64,000 bases of DNA from an uncultured Pirellulales bacterium (GCA_964482555.1 CAYZXY010000001.1:78591-142590); one strand, 5' to 3'. Counted from the first letter of the stretch, positions 27,227 through 36,063 are shown. The notes: a model not told the origin generated them from the sequence alone. Numbers and translations: made by a program.

Positions 27227-27804
27227 TTAAATAATATCATCGGGCTTTAAAGGCCCGGCGGAACGCTAAAGCGTTATCAAAAAATGCAAAAGTTAAGTAT
27301 CATTTGGAACACGGCAAAAACTTCAACCTTTCCGAAAATCTGTCATGCCTGGAAATGGTTAGGCTTTCTGGCCAGACATGTTAGCGAGAGGGTGTTACAT
27401 AATTGCGGTCCGGGCCTCCTGCTCGCGCAAGTCATTGCGACATGGGCATTTTGCCCATGCAATGAGCGGTTACATCGACCTCCTGCTCATGGTGTGTATA
27501 TCAAAACTGAAAATGGCAATGCCATTAAGAATGAGCCAACCAGAATGATCAATCAATAACGAGTGAATATTTGTCACATTCCTGAAGGCAATTTGCCATT
27601 GCGGAAAACATATCCCGAACATGAATATTGTCAGACTTTCGATACCATATATTGTATGTATATCATTTGAACATTGCTTATTATGTGTGAGTGAAACACC
27701 AGAACGTTCACATAAAATGCGAAAGTTAACTGGGCATACATGCAAAAAAATTGTTCAAAGCCGCTCTGATACTCAAACATCAGGTCCAACCGCTGTATCA
27801 AAAA

Positions 27805-27911
27805 TATACACGGTCGGGCAGAAGGCTCCGGGCAGGGCCAGGCGTAAGCTTTTTATCCGCAGACAATTACGTTCCGACAAAATGGGGATTTCAATCGAAA
27901 CGAGGTATACA
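27805..27911 (-). repeat. Family-1 interspersed repeat, copy 11
   Basis: Plus strand TATACACGGTCGGGCAGAAGGCTCCGGGCAGGGCCAGGCGTAAGCTTTTTATCCGCAGACAATTACGTTCCGACAAAATGGGGATTTCAATCGAAACGAGGTATACA. Forms an inverted pair with copy 12. Confidence 0.85.
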
Positions 27912-27977
27912 TAACAAAAAATATCTCATTTTTTTATGCCTGCCAGGCATCAGCATTCGTGTCGCATAAAATAAGAA

Positions 27978-28006
27978 TTGACTTGGAAGCCCGCAATTCG
28001 TATTAT
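27978..28006 (+). promoter_or_regulatory. candidate sigma70-type promoter between the inverted Family-1 pair
   Basis: TTGACT - 17 nt - TATTAT. Confidence 0.35.
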
Positions 28007-28156
28007 GAACGGTTTATCCGAGGCTGTCGTAACATGATCAGTCGCTGGTAATCGTAAAAATAATGTATGTGATTATTCACAGACAAAGCCCTTCACGTAA
28101 AGTGAGGAGGTGGTTTATGCTGAAATTGTGATTTCCCCGTTTTTGCAGCGGGGCTT

Positions 28157-28263
28157 TTATACTCGTTCCGATTGAAAATACCCGTTTTGTCGGAACGTAA
28201 TTGTCTGCGGATAAAAAGCTTACGCTTGGCCTTGCCCGGAGCTTTTTACCCAATTGGGCATAA
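28157..28263 (+). repeat. Family-1 interspersed repeat, copy 12 (close to consensus)
   Basis: TTATACTCGTTCCGATTGAAAATACCCGTTTTGTCGGAACGTAATTGTCTGCGGATAAAAAGCTTACGCTTGGCCTTGCCCGGAGCTTTTTACCCAATTGGGCATAAA. Confidence 0.9.
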
Positions 28264-28329
28264 AACACAATTGAACGAAATTCTGTGAATAGTAACCAAT
28301 AAATCTATTTGACTTGAACGAGGAAGCCG

Positions 28330-29088
28330 TTGGCGTCATACGCAATAATATCCGATATTCATTCCAATCTTTCGGCATTATCGGCAGTGCTGGATGATAT
28401 TACCGCACGAGGGGTCGAAGAAGTATTCTGTTTGGGCGATATCGTCGGCTATGGTCCCCAGCCCCGTGAATGTCTGGACCTGATCATCGAACGCAAGATC
28501 ATCAGTATTATGGGGAATCATGACCACGCCGTCTTTTATGAACCGACCAATTTCAACACCGGTGCCGAGCGGGCCAGCTACTGGACCCGCCGGATTCTCG
28601 AAGAAGAGCCGGACCGCGAAAAACGAAATCAGCGATGGTCGTTCCTGGGCCGTCTGCCGTTGCGGATTCAGATGGGCAACGTCCTCTTGGTCCATGGCTC
28701 GCCGCGCCGTCCGGTAAATGAATATATTTTTCCTGATGATATTTATACGAATAACACCAAGCTTCTGGCGATTTTTGAAAAAGTCGATCATATTTGTTTT
28801 GTAGGGCATACCCATGTACCGGGCGTTTTCCTGGAAGACCCGGATTTTTACGGTATCGATGAGCTTGACTATCATTACCCGATTATCGATTCGGAAAAGG
28901 CGATTATTAATGTCGGCAGTGTGGGCCAGCCGCGGGACCAGGATACCCGGGCCAGCTATGTCGTCGTCAGCGACGACAAGGTCGAGTTCGTTCGCGTGGA
29001 ATATGACGTCGAAAAGACGGCAGATATGATACTCGCCAATCCTCATCTGGATAACTTTGAGGGGGAACGTTTACGTGAAGGACGCTAA
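28330..29088 (+). CDS. metallophosphoesterase (calcineurin-like, YfcE/MJ0936-type)
   Basis: TTG start. ISDIHSN, LGDIVGYGP, GNHD, LVHGSP and GHTH are the five metallophosphatase motifs in order. Confidence 0.87.
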   Translation: MASYAIISDIHSNLSALSAVLDDITARGVEEVFCLGDIVGYGPQPRECLDLIIERKIISIMGNHDHAVFYEPTNFNTGAERASYWTRRILEEEPDREKRNQRWSFLGRLPLRIQMGNVLLVHGSPRRPVNEYIFPDDIYTNNTKLLAIFEKVDHICFVGHTHVPGVFLEDPDFYGIDELDYHYPIIDSEKAIINVGSVGQPRDQDTRASYVVVSDDKVEFVRVEYDVEKTADMILANPHLDNFEGERLREGR

Positions 29089-29193
29089 ACACTTCCAGCC
29101 CCGACGGTCGGCTATCCGGATTTCCGCGTCTTCTAAGTGAATGAATAATGGAACGGAAAATCTATACTCACCAACCTATTGGTATAAAAGCTT

Positions 29194-31257
29194 ATGAATG
29201 AAGAAATGCGTCGCATGTTAACGGCGGTGTTGTTGTGCATGGCGATCCTGTTTGCCTGGCAGCATTTTTTAGGGCCGCAGCAGGATTCTGCCACACCCGC
29301 TGATAAAACGGACACACAGGAAACTTCCGCTCCACGAGCAGGCACCGCTCCCGCGGTGACCGCCATGCCACAGGGCCAGGACGAAGAAGGCTGGCGTCTG
29401 CATACTTATGCCCCGCAGGAATTGACGGAAGAAGTGGCGCTCGGGGCTATCCGCGATGATGAAAAAGACGGTTACAAAGCAAAAGTCGTTTTTGATCCCA
29501 CCAGCGCCTCGGTGTCACTGGCATTGCTGAGCGAGCATAAATTCAAGGTTACCGATGAACACCACGGCTATCCCGTCCTGGCCGCAACCCGCGACGCGAA
29601 CGGCCGTGAATTCAATTCGTTTATGCTGGGCATGCTCAAACTCAAGGATCGGCCGGAAGAATACGATCTTTCGCGTAATTGCTGGGTTCTAAAGTCAGTC
29701 GATACGGATGATGACGGCAGTCAGCATGTGGCCTTTGAGGCGACGCTAATCGATGAAAATGATTCTCCGGCATTGCGGGTGATCAAAACCTTTTCGTATA
29801 ACCGCAATGATTACATGCTGGATTTTCATGTGCAGATGATCAATGAATCTCAGGAAACGATCGAAGTCGAATCACTGGATTTATATGGTCCTGCCGGCCT
29901 GGCCCGGGAAGATGCCCGCACGGACATGCGATTTGCTTTGGCGGCTTATGTTGGCGGCAATGCCGGGAACGGCGCCGATGTCAAGGTCGAGAAAGAGGCC
30001 GCCAGCAAGCTGATCGTCGATGCCCAAAATGGCAAAAGAGACAGGGCCCTGCTTAAAACGCATAAGAACGACCGGCTTCAGTGGATCGCACTGGCGAATA
30101 AGTACTTTGCCGCCACCATACATCCCGCCCCCGGCAGCGATGAATCGCAATTGCTCAGGATCGACCAGTCGGATATCGTAACCCACGTAACGCAAATCAG
30201 TAAAGGCCCGGCCGTTCAAAAAGAAGATGTCACCGAGCAGAGCATGGCCCTGACCAGCAGTCTCCAGACCGAGAGGCCGCTGGCCGCCGGCATGGAAGCG
30301 GCCGTTCATTTGCAGGTCTTTCTGGGGCCAATAGATAAGGATATTTTCGACAACAATCCACTTTTTGCCGATCTGCATTACGAAAAACTGATGACCAATC
30401 AGTCCTGTTTCTGTGCGGTGGACTGGCTGACGTTTCTACTGATCAAACTGCTCAAGGGAACCTATCTGGTCTTTCAGAATTACGGCGTGGCCATCATTAT
30501 CCTGGTGCTGCTGGTGCGGACAATTCTGCATCCCATTCAGGTACGCAGCCAGCTCAACATGATGAAGATGCAGAAATTTGCTCCTAAAATGGAGGAAATC
30601 AAAAAGAAATATGGTAATAATCAACAGGAAATGCAGAAAAAAATGATGGAACTGCAAAAGGAACAAGGCATGATGGGCAATATGGTGCTCGGGTGTCTGC
30701 CCATGTTCCTGCAGATGCCTATCTGGATTGCACTGTACACCGCGGTGAATTCCAATGTCGCCGTGCGGCATCAGGGATTGCTGCCGGCCAGTTGGCACTG
30801 GCTGAACGATCTATCGGCACCGGACCGGCTGATTCCTTTTTCCCTGTTCGGACTGGATTCCTTATCCCTGCCACTGATCGGGAGCATGATGGGAGAAATC
30901 GACGCGTTCAATCTGCTGCCGATTCTCGGCGCAGTGGCCTTGTATTTGCAGACCAAGTTGTCGCCGCAGTCCAAAATGACCGCCGCCACCAATCCGCAGG
31001 CCGCTCAGCAGCAAAAGATGATGCTGGTCATGATGCCGGTCATGATGCTGTTGTTTTTATACAATGCCTCCTCGGGCTTTAACCTTTACTTTATGGCCAG
31101 TCTTTTTGGCGGTTTGATCGAGCAGCATTTTATCCGTAAGCACCTGAAAAAAGAGGAAGAAAAAAACAAGGAAGTCACCGTAAAAGCCACGACCAAGGTC
31201 AGTTCCCGGGTCGGGCCAAAGAAGAAAAAGCCCAAACCCCCGGTCCGTTACAACTAA
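29194..31257 (+). CDS. yidC: membrane protein insertase YidC (long periplasmic P1 domain)
   Basis: N-terminal TM, a ~400-aa periplasmic domain, then the conserved core NYGVAIIILVLLVRTILHPIQVRSQ...MKMQKFAPKMEEIKKKY...GCLPMFLQMPIWIALY...FLWLNDLSAPD-like and a Lys-rich tail. Confidence 0.92.
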   Translation: MNEEMRRMLTAVLLCMAILFAWQHFLGPQQDSATPADKTDTQETSAPRAGTAPAVTAMPQGQDEEGWRLHTYAPQELTEEVALGAIRDDEKDGYKAKVVFDPTSASVSLALLSEHKFKVTDEHHGYPVLAATRDANGREFNSFMLGMLKLKDRPEEYDLSRNCWVLKSVDTDDDGSQHVAFEATLIDENDSPALRVIKTFSYNRNDYMLDFHVQMINESQETIEVESLDLYGPAGLAREDARTDMRFALAAYVGGNAGNGADVKVEKEAASKLIVDAQNGKRDRALLKTHKNDRLQWIALANKYFAATIHPAPGSDESQLLRIDQSDIVTHVTQISKGPAVQKEDVTEQSMALTSSLQTERPLAAGMEAAVHLQVFLGPIDKDIFDNNPLFADLHYEKLMTNQSCFCAVDWLTFLLIKLLKGTYLVFQNYGVAIIILVLLVRTILHPIQVRSQLNMMKMQKFAPKMEEIKKKYGNNQQEMQKKMMELQKEQGMMGNMVLGCLPMFLQMPIWIALYTAVNSNVAVRHQGLLPASWHWLNDLSAPDRLIPFSLFGLDSLSLPLIGSMMGEIDAFNLLPILGAVALYLQTKLSPQSKMTAATNPQAAQQQKMMLVMMPVMMLLFLYNASSGFNLYFMASLFGGLIEQHFIRKHLKKEEEKNKEVTVKATTKVSSRVGPKKKKPKPPVRYN

Positions 31258-31504
31258 TGTTCGTTCGTGCTTGAAATGAACAAAAGTTGAGTAATGCGGG
31301 TTTTCCTGGAATTAATTGTCCGATAACATGCGGGATTCCTGGCCAGAGGTATTTTTGTAAGTGTATTTATTTAATTGATTTATGGAAAAATTAGGGAATG
31401 GTTTTTTATCTCTCTATTGCTTTTGTCGATTTGTTTTTTGTATAATTGGACTCTTTGAAACAAAAGTTGTTGATATGGTAATAGTATACAATTTGTACTG
31501 AACC

Positions 31505-32164
31505 ATGAAAAAATTAATACTAGTTCAAACTGGAAGTACCACTTGGAAAGAGAAGGACGCCTGCTCTCCGGAGACGGGTGAGAGTTTCGAGAAGATGCGG
31601 CTGCAAGGGACGATGCCCCTGCCGCTAACCGAAACCGATAAGAAATCCTTATCAGATATCGCCGCCACATTGCAGGAGGAAGATGCGGACGTTCTCTACA
31701 GCAGTGGGAATGAATCGTCCGGCCCTTCCGCGTCGTGCCTGGCCGAAATCTGCGGCTTGAAGACCAGAAAAGAACCGCTGCTGAAAGAATTGAATTGTGG
31801 TTTATGGCAGGGATTGCAGGTCAGGGACATCAAAAACCGTTATGGCCGGGCCTATAAGCAATGGCGCAACGATCCCCTGAGCGTGTGTCCCCCTCAAGGA
31901 GAATGTGTTTCTGAGGCGCTGACGCGCGTGAGACAAGCCGTCGTAAAATTGATAAAGAAAAATCGCAACAAATCCGTGGTCATCGTGGCCGCTCCCATTG
32001 TGGCCGCGATTATCGAATGCCTCCTGACCAGCAACAGCATGGAACATTTCTGGCGATATGCCGATCAGGGCCGGGTTGTCAAAGTCTTTCCTGATCCAGA
32101 AATCATTACCGATAACAACGATATTCTATTAACCACCACCGCACCCAAAGAGATTAAAATCTGA
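31505..32164 (+). CDS. histidine-phosphatase (PGAM) superfamily homologue lacking the catalytic residues
   Basis: Colinear with GpmB/SixA-type proteins, but RHGET is LVQTGSTTW (R->Q, nucleophile H->T), the loop Arg region is SSGNESSG, and the distal SHG motif is VAAP. The E of ..KELNCG.. is retained. Confidence 0.7.
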   Translation: MKKLILVQTGSTTWKEKDACSPETGESFEKMRLQGTMPLPLTETDKKSLSDIAATLQEEDADVLYSSGNESSGPSASCLAEICGLKTRKEPLLKELNCGLWQGLQVRDIKNRYGRAYKQWRNDPLSVCPPQGECVSEALTRVRQAVVKLIKKNRNKSVVIVAAPIVAAIIECLLTSNSMEHFWRYADQGRVVKVFPDPEIITDNNDILLTTTAPKEIKI

Positions 32165-32169
32165 TATCT

Positions 32170-33012
32170 ATGGCGAATAATTCTAATATGTCCTGGAACG
32201 GATATTCCCTGACAAAAAAACGTGATGTCCCCGAAGGCCTGTGGAGTAAATGCCCCGGTTGCGAAGATATGATTTTCACCCGGGCGATGCAGGAGAATAT
32301 GGGGGTATGCCCCGAATGCGGTCATCATTTTCGCATCAGTGCCCGGGAACGTATCGACCAGTTGTGCGACGAGGGCTCATTTGAGGAGATCCTCAAGGAC
32401 TGTATGCCGATCGATTCGTTGGCCTTTATAGACAGTCAGCCTTACCATCAGCGATTGCAGAAAATGCAAAGTCGGACCGGGCTGGCGGATGCCGTGGTTG
32501 CGGGAAAAGGGTATATCAAAGGCCGGCCTCTGATTGTGGCCGCGCTGGACCCGCATTTCATGATGGGCTCGATGGGCTCGGTCGTGGGTGAAAAGGTATC
32601 CGGCGCCGCCGAAACGGCGGAAGAATTGTCGCTGCCGTTTGTCGCGGTCAGTTGCTCGGGCGGGGCCCGAATGCAGGAAGGAGCTTTGAGCCTGGCCCAG
32701 ATGGCCAAAACCAGCGCCGCAATCGGACGTCTGCATGAAGCAGGCGGGTTATTTATTTCGGTATTGGCCGATCCCACCTCGGGCGGTGTCACCGCCAGTT
32801 ACGCCATGCTGGGCGATTTTACCATTGCTGAACCGGGGGCGTTAATTTGTTTTGCCGGGCCGCGGACGATCTGGCACACGATCAAGGTGGAGCTGCCCGA
32901 AGGCTTTCAGCGGGCGGAGTTTCTGCTGGAGCATGGTTTTGTCGATATTATCGCCGAGCGGAAAAACCTGCGCAGCGAGATTGCCCGATTGATCGATTTT
33001 TGCGGGAAATAA
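32170..33012 (+). CDS. accD: acetyl-CoA carboxylase carboxyltransferase subunit beta
   Basis: Zinc ribbon CPGCEDMIF...CPECGHHFR, then MGSMGSVVGEK...SGGARMQEG...LADPTSGGVTASYA. Confidence 0.94.
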   Translation: MANNSNMSWNGYSLTKKRDVPEGLWSKCPGCEDMIFTRAMQENMGVCPECGHHFRISARERIDQLCDEGSFEEILKDCMPIDSLAFIDSQPYHQRLQKMQSRTGLADAVVAGKGYIKGRPLIVAALDPHFMMGSMGSVVGEKVSGAAETAEELSLPFVAVSCSGGARMQEGALSLAQMAKTSAAIGRLHEAGGLFISVLADPTSGGVTASYAMLGDFTIAEPGALICFAGPRTIWHTIKVELPEGFQRAEFLLEHGFVDIIAERKNLRSEIARLIDFCGK

Positions 33013-33203
33013 TCGCTCCGGACAAGACCGAATGGATCCCCCGGCGAAATCATACTCTAAGTGATTGTCCGGATTGGACTTACGGTCGTTTTTGGGGTTT
33101 GCGTTCTCGGTATATTCCTCTCTTTTTTTGCCGCAAGACAACTATTGACAAATTTTTCCACGCCATATATATTGTGGGTTTGCAAACGCTGAGGGCGTTT
33201 TAT

Positions 33204-33278
33204 GGTGAAAGTAGCTCAGTCGGCTAGAGCACCAGGTTGTGGTCCTGGGGGTCGCGGGTTCGAGTCCCGTCTTTCACC
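33204..33278 (+). tRNA. tRNA-His (anticodon GTG) with encoded G-1
   Basis: G GTGAAAG TA GCTC AGTCGGCTA GAGC A CCAGG TTGTGGT CCTGG GGGTC GCGGG TTCGAGT CCCGT CTTTCAC C. The extra 5' G pairs opposite discriminator C, the His identity element. Confidence 0.92.
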
Positions 33279-33721
33279 CTTACTTACCCGACAGAATTAA
33301 ACCTTTCATTTGCACTTCGTTTCCAGTGATAGCGGGTGTTCGCGGCTCTTGTACTTCGAAAAAGAAAGTGACAATTTGTAATTATATGGTAACGTCTGTG
33401 ACAAAAACGCCGTTGCAAAGATGAGGCGTGCTTTTGCCAAAATCCGCCAATTGTCGAATAAAAGCAAAACGCAATAGTGAATATTATCGCTTTTTTGACC
33501 TTTCTTTATCCAGGTTCTATAATTCCTCAGTTCAATATTAGATTGGTGTAACAATAAACAGACGGGCGAACTTAAACAAAAAATATTCATGATGGCAGAA
33601 AAAAAGATTTTGTTTGTTATCAGGATCTATCTTTCATCATATAAGTGAAACAACAAGCTGTCTTTTGAGTCGATGGCTGGATTGTGTACAAGCCTTCCCT
33701 TTCGGTTTATGTTTTTGTCTG

Positions 33722-33748
33722 ACCTCCGAAGAAATTCGGAGGTTTTTT
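33722..33748 (+). terminator. strong orphan intrinsic terminator (no annotated gene upstream)
   Basis: ACCTCCGAA-GAAA-TTCGGAGGT (9-bp stem, GNRA loop) followed by TTTTT. It sits 440 nt after tRNA-His in a gene-free AT-rich region. Confidence 0.75.
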
Positions 33749-33860
33749 ATTGTGCCAGCCAGATCAGCAGCTAGAATAGGTAACAAAATACATACCCGAT
33801 GGCGACTATTATGTATTGGGCGGATTAAGGTTACGCTCAGGATGAAGGGATAAAGCGGAT

Positions 33861-33966
33861 TAATACCCAAAGGGTATGCCCCCCGCCAGGGCCAACCGTT
33901 AGTGTTTTATCCGCAATTAATTAAGTCTGGACAAAACGAGAAAATTTCATCGGAGTGAGTATATAA
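33861..33966 (-). repeat. Family-1 interspersed repeat, copy 13 (subfamily B)
   Basis: Plus strand TAATACCCAAAGGGTATGCCCCCCGCCAGGGCCAACCGTTAGTGTTTTATCCGCAATTAATTAAGTCTGGACAAAACGAGAAAATTTCATCGGAGTGAGTATATAA. Confidence 0.85.
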
Positions 33967-34051
33967 TTCCGTATAAACGCATTAACGCATCATTGCATTA
34001 ATATAATGCCGGCAAGATGACTGTGTAACATTGGGTAAGGAGGATGGGATC

Positions 34052-34615
34052 ATGGAAATGAAGGTGACGGAGCTGGAATTGCCGGGGGTACTGGTGATCG
34101 AGCCGCAGGTGTTCGGCGACAACCGTGGTTTTTTTCTGGAAACGTATCATATCGAGCGGTATCAGCAAGCGGGTTTGACGCAGCCGTTCGTGCAGGACAA
34201 TCATTCTCGGTCGCAGCGGGGAGTGCTGCGCGGTCTGCATTATCAATTGAATCATCCCCAGGGCAAGCTGGTGATGGCGGCCAAAGGGGAGATATTCGAC
34301 GTCGCGGTAGATATCCGCCGCGGTTCGCCGACCTACGGCCGCTGGGTGGGTGCGATTTTATCCGAAGAGAACCATAAACAAATATATGTCCCCGAAGGTT
34401 TCGCCCACGGCTTCTGCGTTCTCTCCGAAGTGGCAGATGTGATATATAAATGTACCAATGTTTATACCCCCGGAGATGATTACGGCATAATCTGGTCCGA
34501 TCCCGAAATCGCAATCGACTGGCCGATAGACGATCCCCAATTATCGGAGAAGGACGGCAAAACTCCCGCTCTGGCGGCGGCCCCGCCGGAAACTCTGCCG
34601 CAATTCCCCGGCTAA
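34052..34615 (+). CDS. rfbC: dTDP-4-dehydrorhamnose 3,5-epimerase
   Basis: ATG at 34052 preceded by AAGGAGGA. VFGDNRGFFLETY...QDNHSRSQRGVLRGLHYQ...GKLVMAAKGEIFDVAVDIR..SPTYGRW...LYVPEGFAHGF. No rfbA/B/D nearby. Confidence 0.92.
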   Translation: MEMKVTELELPGVLVIEPQVFGDNRGFFLETYHIERYQQAGLTQPFVQDNHSRSQRGVLRGLHYQLNHPQGKLVMAAKGEIFDVAVDIRRGSPTYGRWVGAILSEENHKQIYVPEGFAHGFCVLSEVADVIYKCTNVYTPGDDYGIIWSDPEIAIDWPIDDPQLSEKDGKTPALAAAPPETLPQFPG

Positions 34616-34641
34616 AAGAATTCCAGGCGCTTTTTGGGTTC

Positions 34642-36063
34642 TTACTGGATCCAGGATGTAGACAACAGGCTGAGAATGTTGTTGGAGTTCGTATTCATGG
34701 AAGCCAGCAGGGACGTGCCCATTTCCATTAACAGTTGCAGACGGTTATTATTCGCGGTTTCTTGGGTATAGTCGATTTCCGCCACATTGGCGATGGATTC
34801 CTGGAGGGCTGTTTTGGTATCTGCCATGGCGTTCAAAGTAGAATTGATCGTGTAGTTTTGCAGAGCGCCCATCCGTGCCCGCAGATTAGAAACCTGAGAA
34901 CCGGCCAACGAGACGATCTCTTGAGCCGAGCTCAAATCCGCCCCCGATAAATCATTGTCTTCACCTGTACGCAATGAATTGATATACCCCATAACGGAAT
35001 TGCCTAACATCGACGAGGTAACACTGGGAATACCGAACTGCAGCTCACCTCCCGCATCGGCGCCGAGGCTCCAGCCGGCCCCATTACCGCTCACGCTGAA
35101 GGTTGTACTGCCAGAACCGCCCCCATAGAACGACTCGGTGAAAGTCAATTCGCCGGACAGACCATTCAGATTAAATGTGGCCTTATTAGTATTACTATCG
35201 ACATTGACGGCATCGCCGTTTAATGATACGGTAAAATCAACGCCGCTGTCCGAAGCGCTGTTCTGGCCGCCTTCCCAAGTCATGTTACCCACTCCGGCCG
35301 TCACCGCGACCGAGACCGTCTTATCCGCTCCGGGATTCTGGGTATTCAAGACGATCTTCCCCGAATCGATACTCGCTACGATGCCGGTCGTTCCGGTTTG
35401 TGCGTTAATCGTATCGCGAACAATTTCACGATTAGAGCCGCTCAATAAATCAATATTGGCGCTGCCGTCCGGACCGGTTAAAGACAATGTGAGATCGCCT
35501 GGCAGCCAACTGAATGAATCAGAAGATACCTGCCCCGATTCGGCGTTGATAATATCCACATTGACCGTTTGCGTAGAACTGCTGGTATTAGCCGAGTAGA
35601 TTTTCACATCGGTAATTTTGTCGCTCTCGGGAATCGAAACCGAATATCCCTGGTTTCCATTAAGCAAACCTTTGCCATTATATTTTGTTGTGTTCACCAG
35701 GCGGTCGATGCCATCCAGCGCCATGTCAACATTCGCCTGATAGGTGATAATATCATCCGGATCCGCCCCTACCGCCGCATTAACATTCGTCTCGATAGTG
35801 GTAATCAGGCTGGAAATCTCCTCCAGGGCCCCGTCGGCCGTATTGATAATATCATTTACACGCTGTCCGGCAGATGCAATGCCGTCAATCCTGGCGATGT
35901 GGGAGTTCAAACTGGTCAGCGTTACTATCCCCGCCGGGTCATCGCTGGCTCTATTGATGCGCATCCCCGTCACCAGCCGCTCGTTGGAAACCGCCAGTTG
36001 ACTGCCAAGCTGCGTCAGATTATTGACTATGCGTGCATAATTGCTTGTATTGAATCCTAACAT
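34642..36063 (-). CDS. fliC: flagellin
   Basis: Start set at the internal ATG 36063 (GGAGGT 10 nt upstream): MLGFNTSNYARIVNNLTQLGSQLAVSNERLVTGMRINRASDDPAGI (flagellin N domain). The C-terminal region ...RARMGALQNYTINSTLNAMADTKTALQESIANVAEIDYTQETANNNRLQLLMEMGTSLLA is the flagellin C domain. Central Gly/Ser/Thr-rich variable region. Confidence 0.88.
   Translation of the reverse strand: MLGFNTSNYARIVNNLTQLGSQLAVSNERLVTGMRINRASDDPAGIVTLTSLNSHIARIDGIASAGQRVNDIINTADGALEEISSLITTIETNVNAAVGADPDDIITYQANVDMALDGIDRLVNTTKYNGKGLLNGNQGYSVSIPESDKITDVKIYSANTSSSTQTVNVDIINAESGQVSSDSFSWLPGDLTLSLTGPDGSANIDLLSGSNREIVRDTINAQTGTTGIVASIDSGKIVLNTQNPGADKTVSVAVTAGVGNMTWEGGQNSASDSGVDFTVSLNGDAVNVDSNTNKATFNLNGLSGELTFTESFYGGGSGSTTFSVSGNGAGWSLGADAGGELQFGIPSVTSSMLGNSVMGYINSLRTGEDNDLSGADLSSAQEIVSLAGSQVSNLRARMGALQNYTINSTLNAMADTKTALQESIANVAEIDYTQETANNNRLQLLMEMGTSLLASMNTNSNNILSLLSTSWIQ

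Larger units (their letters stand above)
26312..28329. other. 2-kb gene-free region upstream of dnaA: candidate replication origin (oriC) / dnaA control region
   Basis: Largest non-coding stretch in the window and directly upstream of dnaA. To its left 6 of 6 genes are on the minus strand. To its right about 26 of 27 genes are on the plus strand. AT-rich block about 27600..27760. Contains 3 Family-1 copies and 1 Family-2 copy. I found no perfect TTATCCACA box here by eye. Confidence 0.45.

Noticed and set aside
27621-28268. ORFs 27621..27914, 27751..27969 (plus) and 28077..28268 (minus) sharing the peptide ..SFLSADNYVPTK..
   Set aside because: The shared peptide is simply the translation of Family-1 repeat DNA read in the same relative frame in two copies. 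The ORFs have no SD and run across repeat boundaries. ORFs 1745..1927, 7489..7806 and 11543..11734, and the first 31 codons of 52934..53992, are repeat-derived in the same way.
33614-33853. 79-aa ORF in the tRNA-His downstream gap, and 94-aa minus-strand ORF 33306..33590.
   Set aside because: The first reads through a strong intrinsic terminator and has no SD. The second is an AT-rich frame with no start context or recognisable features.
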